Shown one piece after another: positions 59,975 to 64,000 of a DNA stretch of 64,000 nt. Positions within the stretch are counted from its first letter, which is position 1. Each line of letters starts with the position of its first letter. This DNA is from a virus (lineage: Duplodnaviria > Caudoviricetes), in the IMG/VR virus record IMGVR_UViG_3300037067_008333, positions 1 through 64,000 of that record. One strand, written 5' to 3'. Made by a program: the position numbers and the translations under genes. The notes under the pieces were generated by a model, which saw nothing but the letters and a program-made list of their open reading frames with translations, did no database searches and was not told the origin of the DNA.

Positions 59975-60795
59975 CTGTTCCTCCAAAATTCTTCAGTTTC
60001 TTGTATCTGTTTTGATATATCAGATTTTGTTTTTCCATCACTATCACGAGCACACACTTTATTTTTCCATAGAGCATATTCAAGATCATTTTCGTGGGGA
60101 TGTTCTATATAAGCTGTTTCGAGTATTTGCCATGTGTAACCGTGTTTATTAAGGTCTTGCAGATAATACGCTTCATCACCCGCATATACACCCATTACTT
60201 TATATCCCCCAATTTCTTTCCAAGCTTTTAAATTCAAGAAAAAACAACCACCTGCAATATGAGCTGCCGGTGTTGGCCATATAACTCGTTCCTTCATGTT
60301 GAAAGAATTCGTGTATTCAAATGAGTTTTTACAGTTTTCAATGACATGGCAGTTATATCCAGTCATATTTGGGGCTACAACACCACACGGTTTATGTTTG
60401 TGAGATTCCATTTGCTGCACACATTCAAGTAATCGTTTCAAAATGACACTCGAACCTTCTGGAATCTTCATATCTGAATCCATTGTGAACATATAATCAT
60501 ATGGTTTATCTTTCAATGCGGCACACACTAGATGATTAACTACAAAAGCTTTACCATAATTCTTATCGTGAAATTGAATAAGTTTTACTTCACCAGATGG
60601 ATTATGGCTCCAGAACGGTAGAAATTTTATAGTATCCGTTATTTGTTTTTTGTAATCATCATTAGCGGCATAACCACCAAAGTAAAGTTCACAATCTATT
60701 GTTTTGAAATTACGTATTGACGTTATGGATTCCAGATTCCGTTCCAGACGTTTTTTATCTGGAGCAAATATTGGTTGTGTTATTAATATTCTCAT
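59965..60795 (-). CDS. GT-A fold glycosyltransferase-like protein
   Basis: NYGKAFVVN, FTMDSD (DxD), GGCFFL...IGGY and AGDE motifs. Confidence 0.7.
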   Translation of the reverse strand: MRILITQPIFAPDKKRLERNLESITSIRNFKTIDCELYFGGYAANDDYKKQITDTIKFLPFWSHNPSGEVKLIQFHDKNYGKAFVVNHLVCAALKDKPYDYMFTMDSDMKIPEGSSVILKRLLECVQQMESHKHKPCGVVAPNMTGYNCHVIENCKNSFEYTNSFNMKERVIWPTPAAHIAGGCFFLNLKAWKEIGGYKVMGVYAGDEAYYLQDLNKHGYTWQILETAYIEHPHENDLEYALWKNKVCARDSDGKTKSDISKQIQETEEFWRNRCQ

Positions 60796-62344
60796 ATTTT
60801 TCCTCTGCTATTTTATGATAAAATTCCAGTGTCGGAAGATGATTTGGATCTTTCATGTCTTCCGTTAAATTTATATCCGGTTCTAGAAGTTCCTTGTACC
60901 ACTTACTTACAAAATATGGACGATCATGCAACATTATTTCTCTGGATGGTTCACCGCGGGTGGCGCTGCATACATGATATAATGTTGAATATGGAGTATA
61001 TATTATTTTATATCCAAGCTTCTTTACTTTCATACAAAGATCCACGTCCTGGAACTCTATCATATACTCGGGATCGAAACCACCCACTTGCTCGAAGATC
61101 TCACGTTTGATCATGAGGCATGCTCCGGTAACTGACGATACTTCTCTGATGTAATTTACGTGGGGAAAACTAACTTGTGCATTGAGATGTATGTGTCCAG
61201 CAATACCCCCAAGTCCAAGGGCTACACCAGCATGTTGAATTGTCTTATTAGCATAAATAAGCCTGGAACCAACGATACCTACTTCCGGTCGTTGTATGTG
61301 TTTGACCATTTCGCTTAAAAAATAAGGAGTAGCTATTGTATCGTTATTTAAGAAAAGAAGATATTTAAAATTAGCTTTTGTTACTGTTTTATTATTTGTT
61401 TTTGAAAAGTGAAACGTATCATGTAATACCGTGTGATATGTCGTATTAATAATATTCAAAGCTTCTGTATTTGTTGAACCTGTGTCTACAATAATAACTT
61501 CATGTGGATAATCAGCATTATGTTCTATACTACTAATACAATTTCTCAGTAATGTAGGTTGATCTTTTGTGAGAATTATTATAGATACTGGTTCTGTAGT
61601 TTCAATTGTACGATCTATATGCCAGTGTGTTTTAATGATACTCGCTTTAATAGACCCCTTTATTCCGCGGCGTTTCATGGTTTCTTCTACTACAGTTTTA
61701 CTGTTTGCAAATACTCGATCATCAATACCCATGGTTGTTGTGGAGATTTTTGATTGTCTCCAACTATATAGAACGCGGCGCAGGTGACCTATTTTATATT
61801 TTTCAGAGATACGCAGAATTAGATCGTAGTCCTGGGCTCCGCTAAAACGAACTGGTAAGAATTCCTTAACAGTTGCGGCCTTAATAAGCTTGAAATGGTT
61901 GATATACATTTTAGAAAGAAGAAGATCATCATTATAATCTTCTTTATAAGTGTAATGGATTAGCTTATCATTCTTATCTATAAATTCTTCATCGGTATAG
62001 ACCATCGAATACTCAGGATGATCTTTGAGATATTTCACGCATTCTTCAACGCAAGTTAACTTAAGCGTATCATCGTGATCTACGAAACCAATATATTCAC
62101 CGGTTGCAATCTCTATGCCTTTTGTGGTTGCTTCAGCTATACCTTTATTTTCATCGAGATAGACATATTTAAACCTATCTCTGTTTGTGAAAAGAGAGTG
62201 ATGATCTTTCTTTTTTGAACCATCATCGATAATTATAACTTCAAGATTAATATATGTTTGGTCGATAATAGATCTAAAAGTTTTATCAAGAAATTTCACG
62301 TTAGAATTATATGTTGGTACGATGAGTGTTACTTTTTTATCCAT
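60755..62344 (-). CDS. Bifunctional GT2-GT2 glycosyltransferase
   Basis: N domain has VPTYN...DDGS...FVDHDD...QDYD. C domain has SIII...DTGS...FLNND...TGACLM...QDVDLC. Confidence 0.9.
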   Translation of the reverse strand: MDKKVTLIVPTYNSNVKFLDKTFRSIIDQTYINLEVIIIDDGSKKKDHHSLFTNRDRFKYVYLDENKGIAEATTKGIEIATGEYIGFVDHDDTLKLTCVEECVKYLKDHPEYSMVYTDEEFIDKNDKLIHYTYKEDYNDDLLLSKMYINHFKLIKAATVKEFLPVRFSGAQDYDLILRISEKYKIGHLRRVLYSWRQSKISTTTMGIDDRVFANSKTVVEETMKRRGIKGSIKASIIKTHWHIDRTIETTEPVSIIILTKDQPTLLRNCISSIEHNADYPHEVIIVDTGSTNTEALNIINTTYHTVLHDTFHFSKTNNKTVTKANFKYLLFLNNDTIATPYFLSEMVKHIQRPEVGIVGSRLIYANKTIQHAGVALGLGGIAGHIHLNAQVSFPHVNYIREVSSVTGACLMIKREIFEQVGGFDPEYMIEFQDVDLCMKVKKLGYKIIYTPYSTLYHVCSATRGEPSREIMLHDRPYFVSKWYKELLEPDINLTEDMKDPNHLPTLEFYHKIAEEKYENINNTTNICSR

Positions 62345-64000
62345 GTTTTAAATCTCCAATGTCAGGTGGATTTTTCCAATATTCGATGAGTTTATAATTA
62401 TTTGGATTATAATAAAGTATAGGAGTATAAGGATCTCCTTTAATCATTTCATTATACCACTGTGCGACAAAATATGGACGATCATTCAATGCATCATGGA
62501 TATTTACATTACCACGAGTAACACCAGCCAAGTGATAAACAATAGATTTAGGTTGATAAATAACTTTATAACCCATTCGTCTTACTTTCATACAAAGATC
62601 AACATCCTGAAATTCGATAATATATTTTTCATCGAATTTACCGACTTTTTCAAAAATATCACGTTTTATCATAAGGCATGCTCCGGTTACAGCTGAAACT
62701 TCCCGGGCATAATTAGCAGGTTTGTAATTAAAAGGTTTACCGATATAGAGATGCCCAGCTAGTCCATTATTTCCCACCATAACACCTGCATGTTGAATGG
62801 TTTTATTGGGGAAAAGAAGTTTTGATCCTACAATACCAACTTTTTCATCCTGAAGGACCTTCAACATTTCACTAAGCCATGTTGGATTAACAAGTGTATC
62901 ATTGTTTAGGAAAAGCAACGTGTTATATTTAGCATATTTAAGGATCATATTGTTTGCTATTGAGAAATTGAACGTTGCAAGATTTGACTTAAATATTTGA
63001 ATATTTTTATGTGATTTAATTCGTTCATAATAAGCAAGAACATTTCTATCTGTACTTCCTGTATCATGGATTAAAATTTCGAATATACCATTTGTATATT
63101 TAAGTATGCTCTCTACACATTTTATTATAAGTTCAGGTTTGTCTTTTGTACAAATGATTATACTTACCGGTTCTTTTGGTTCTTTATTTGTATATTTCCA
63201 TTCATTAAGCTGTGGAATATATGGGATCTTATCTCCAGTTGTTGTAATGGGTATAGAATCAAAGAGATTAATCCATTGTTTTTTTACTACATTGAAGTCA
63301 AAACGTTGTACGGATTTCCGGGATTCCCGGCGAAGATGTTCAATCTTGTTATCATATACCATTTGATAACAATCAATTAAATCTTCGATTTTTGGTATAG
63401 CACGTTTCACATTCGTAATGATATCTATATAATACGCAATGGGTTTGAGTTTAAGTGTTCCCTTATCAAATTGAGAAAGCTCCGAATAATCTGTAATGAT
63501 AACCGGAATACCTGCAGCCAAGGCCTGGCAATTATGAACGGTTGCTACACCATTAACAAGAAAGCTATGATCATTTTCAACGGTAAGATTGTAAACGAAA
63601 CCGTTATACCTATATACTCGCGTAGACTTGATGGGTGTAGTGATATACGTGACTCTGTGTTCAATGCCAGCGTAGTGTGAATACTTCGTTTTGTATTTTT
63701 GTGGTAGAATTTTTATAGCCCATTTATTATTTATATCATAAACTGAATTGTAAATGGGATGTTCATTGTTAATAAGGATGTCACGATATTTGAAAATAAG
63801 ATTCTTATCATCACTGTAGAATGCTCTTTTCTCCAATAAGATTTTCTTTATAGTTTCATCTATAGGTTCGCGTATGATTGGATACTTTAGCAAATCTCCT
63901 GCTCTAAGATCAAGAGCTTTGTGCCCAAAATACCGGAATGGCTCCTTGGTATTTCCTTTGATTGCCATGATCTTTTCAAGAATAGTGGTTGAAAAAGCCG
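62337..64000 (-). CDS. GT4-GT2 bifunctional glycosyltransferase containing an intein; 5' part lies beyond the window
   Basis: The frame is open to the window edge. After the intein come CQALAAGIPVIITDYS (GT4 C-terminal motif) and a GT2 domain closely similar to that of the adjacent gene. Confidence 0.85.
   Translation of the reverse strand, partial: AFSTTILEKIMAIKGNTKEPFRYFGHKALDLRAGDLLKYPIIREPIDETIKKILLEKRAFYSDDKNLIFKYRDILINNEHPIYNSVYDINNKWAIKILPQKYKTKYSHYAGIEHRVTYITTPIKSTRVYRYNGFVYNLTVENDHSFLVNGVATVHNCQALAAGIPVIITDYSELSQFDKGTLKLKPIAYYIDIITNVKRAIPKIEDLIDCYQMVYDNKIEHLRRESRKSVQRFDFNVVKKQWINLFDSIPITTTGDKIPYIPQLNEWKYTNKEPKEPVSIIICTKDKPELIIKCVESILKYTNGIFEILIHDTGSTDRNVLAYYERIKSHKNIQIFKSNLATFNFSIANNMILKYAKYNTLLFLNNDTLVNPTWLSEMLKVLQDEKVGIVGSKLLFPNKTIQHAGVMVGNNGLAGHLYIGKPFNYKPANYAREVSAVTGACLMIKRDIFEKVGKFDEKYIIEFQDVDLCMKVRRMGYKVIYQPKSIVYHLAGVTRGNVNIHDALNDRPYFVAQWYNEMIKGDPYTPILYYNPNNYKLIEYWKNPPDIGDLKHG
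63531..64000 (-). mobile_element. Intein, C-terminal portion (no homing-endonuclease motif in the visible part)
   Basis: Block F VYNLTVENDHSFLVNG and block G VHN followed by +1 Cys (63528-63530). KALDLRAGDLLKYP matches the A.DL..GD.L motif that follows block B. Confidence 0.9.

Noticed and set aside
1-64000. Stop-codon reassignment
   Set aside because: Genes tile densely under table 11, with ORFs up to 7.4 kb. TAA, TAG and TGA all end genes directly before the next RBS or start.
1-64000. Short antisense or alternative-frame ORFs in the track (e.g. 1715-2047, 11109-11441, 15308-15769, 59544-60152)
   Set aside because: They lie within or across longer motif-bearing genes and show no recognisable motifs; treated as shadow ORFs.
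44701-64000. Eukaryotic giant-virus origin or an ordinary bacterial O-antigen locus
   Set aside because: SD sites, sigma-type promoters, baseplate J/gp25 and DnaG indicate a bacteriophage. The island is gene-coupled to phage genes, shares their promoter motif and lacks exporters. A host boundary beyond the window cannot be fully excluded.
1-64000. tRNA, rRNA, integrase, transposase or att sites
   Set aside because: None recognised; intergenic gaps are almost all too short to hold them.

Overview
A 64-kb internal segment of a large, AT-rich, contractile-tailed dsDNA bacteriophage. Genome size and host cannot be seen here; translation table 11 fits, and Shine-Dalgarno and sigma70-type signals are present. 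There are two convergent blocks meeting at a hairpin terminator (38562-38597). The + block (1-38548) is a virion tail/baseplate module. It opens with three giant, tightly linked ORFs: a partial >645-aa protein, a 2074-aa protein and a 2484-aa protein. The 2074-aa protein carries beta-like and beta'-like double-psi-barrel signatures, including DQDGD, plus a degenerate DEDDh exonuclease domain. It is a candidate single-chain virion RNA polymerase and my top finding. The 2484-aa protein fuses a thermonuclease, an M23 peptidase and a baseplate-hub-like region. These are followed by gp25-like and baseplate-J genes, holin-like genes, a 7-bladed beta-propeller protein, fibre-like proteins and a signal-peptide protein. 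The - block holds a Cas4-like nuclease, a DnaG-DnaB primase-helicase, a phage sigma70-family factor and a >19-kb glycan island that runs off the window edge. The island has about ten glycosyltransferase or GT-like genes, three radical SAM enzymes, a split transketolase, an RfbE-like epimerase, methyltransferases, a nucleotidyltransferase/HAD/GDPD-like set and an intein-bearing GT4-GT2. Four sites share one promoter architecture, TTGAAW-N18-TATTATA, linking the structural block and the glycan island. All functional calls come from motif reading by eye; no database searches were run.
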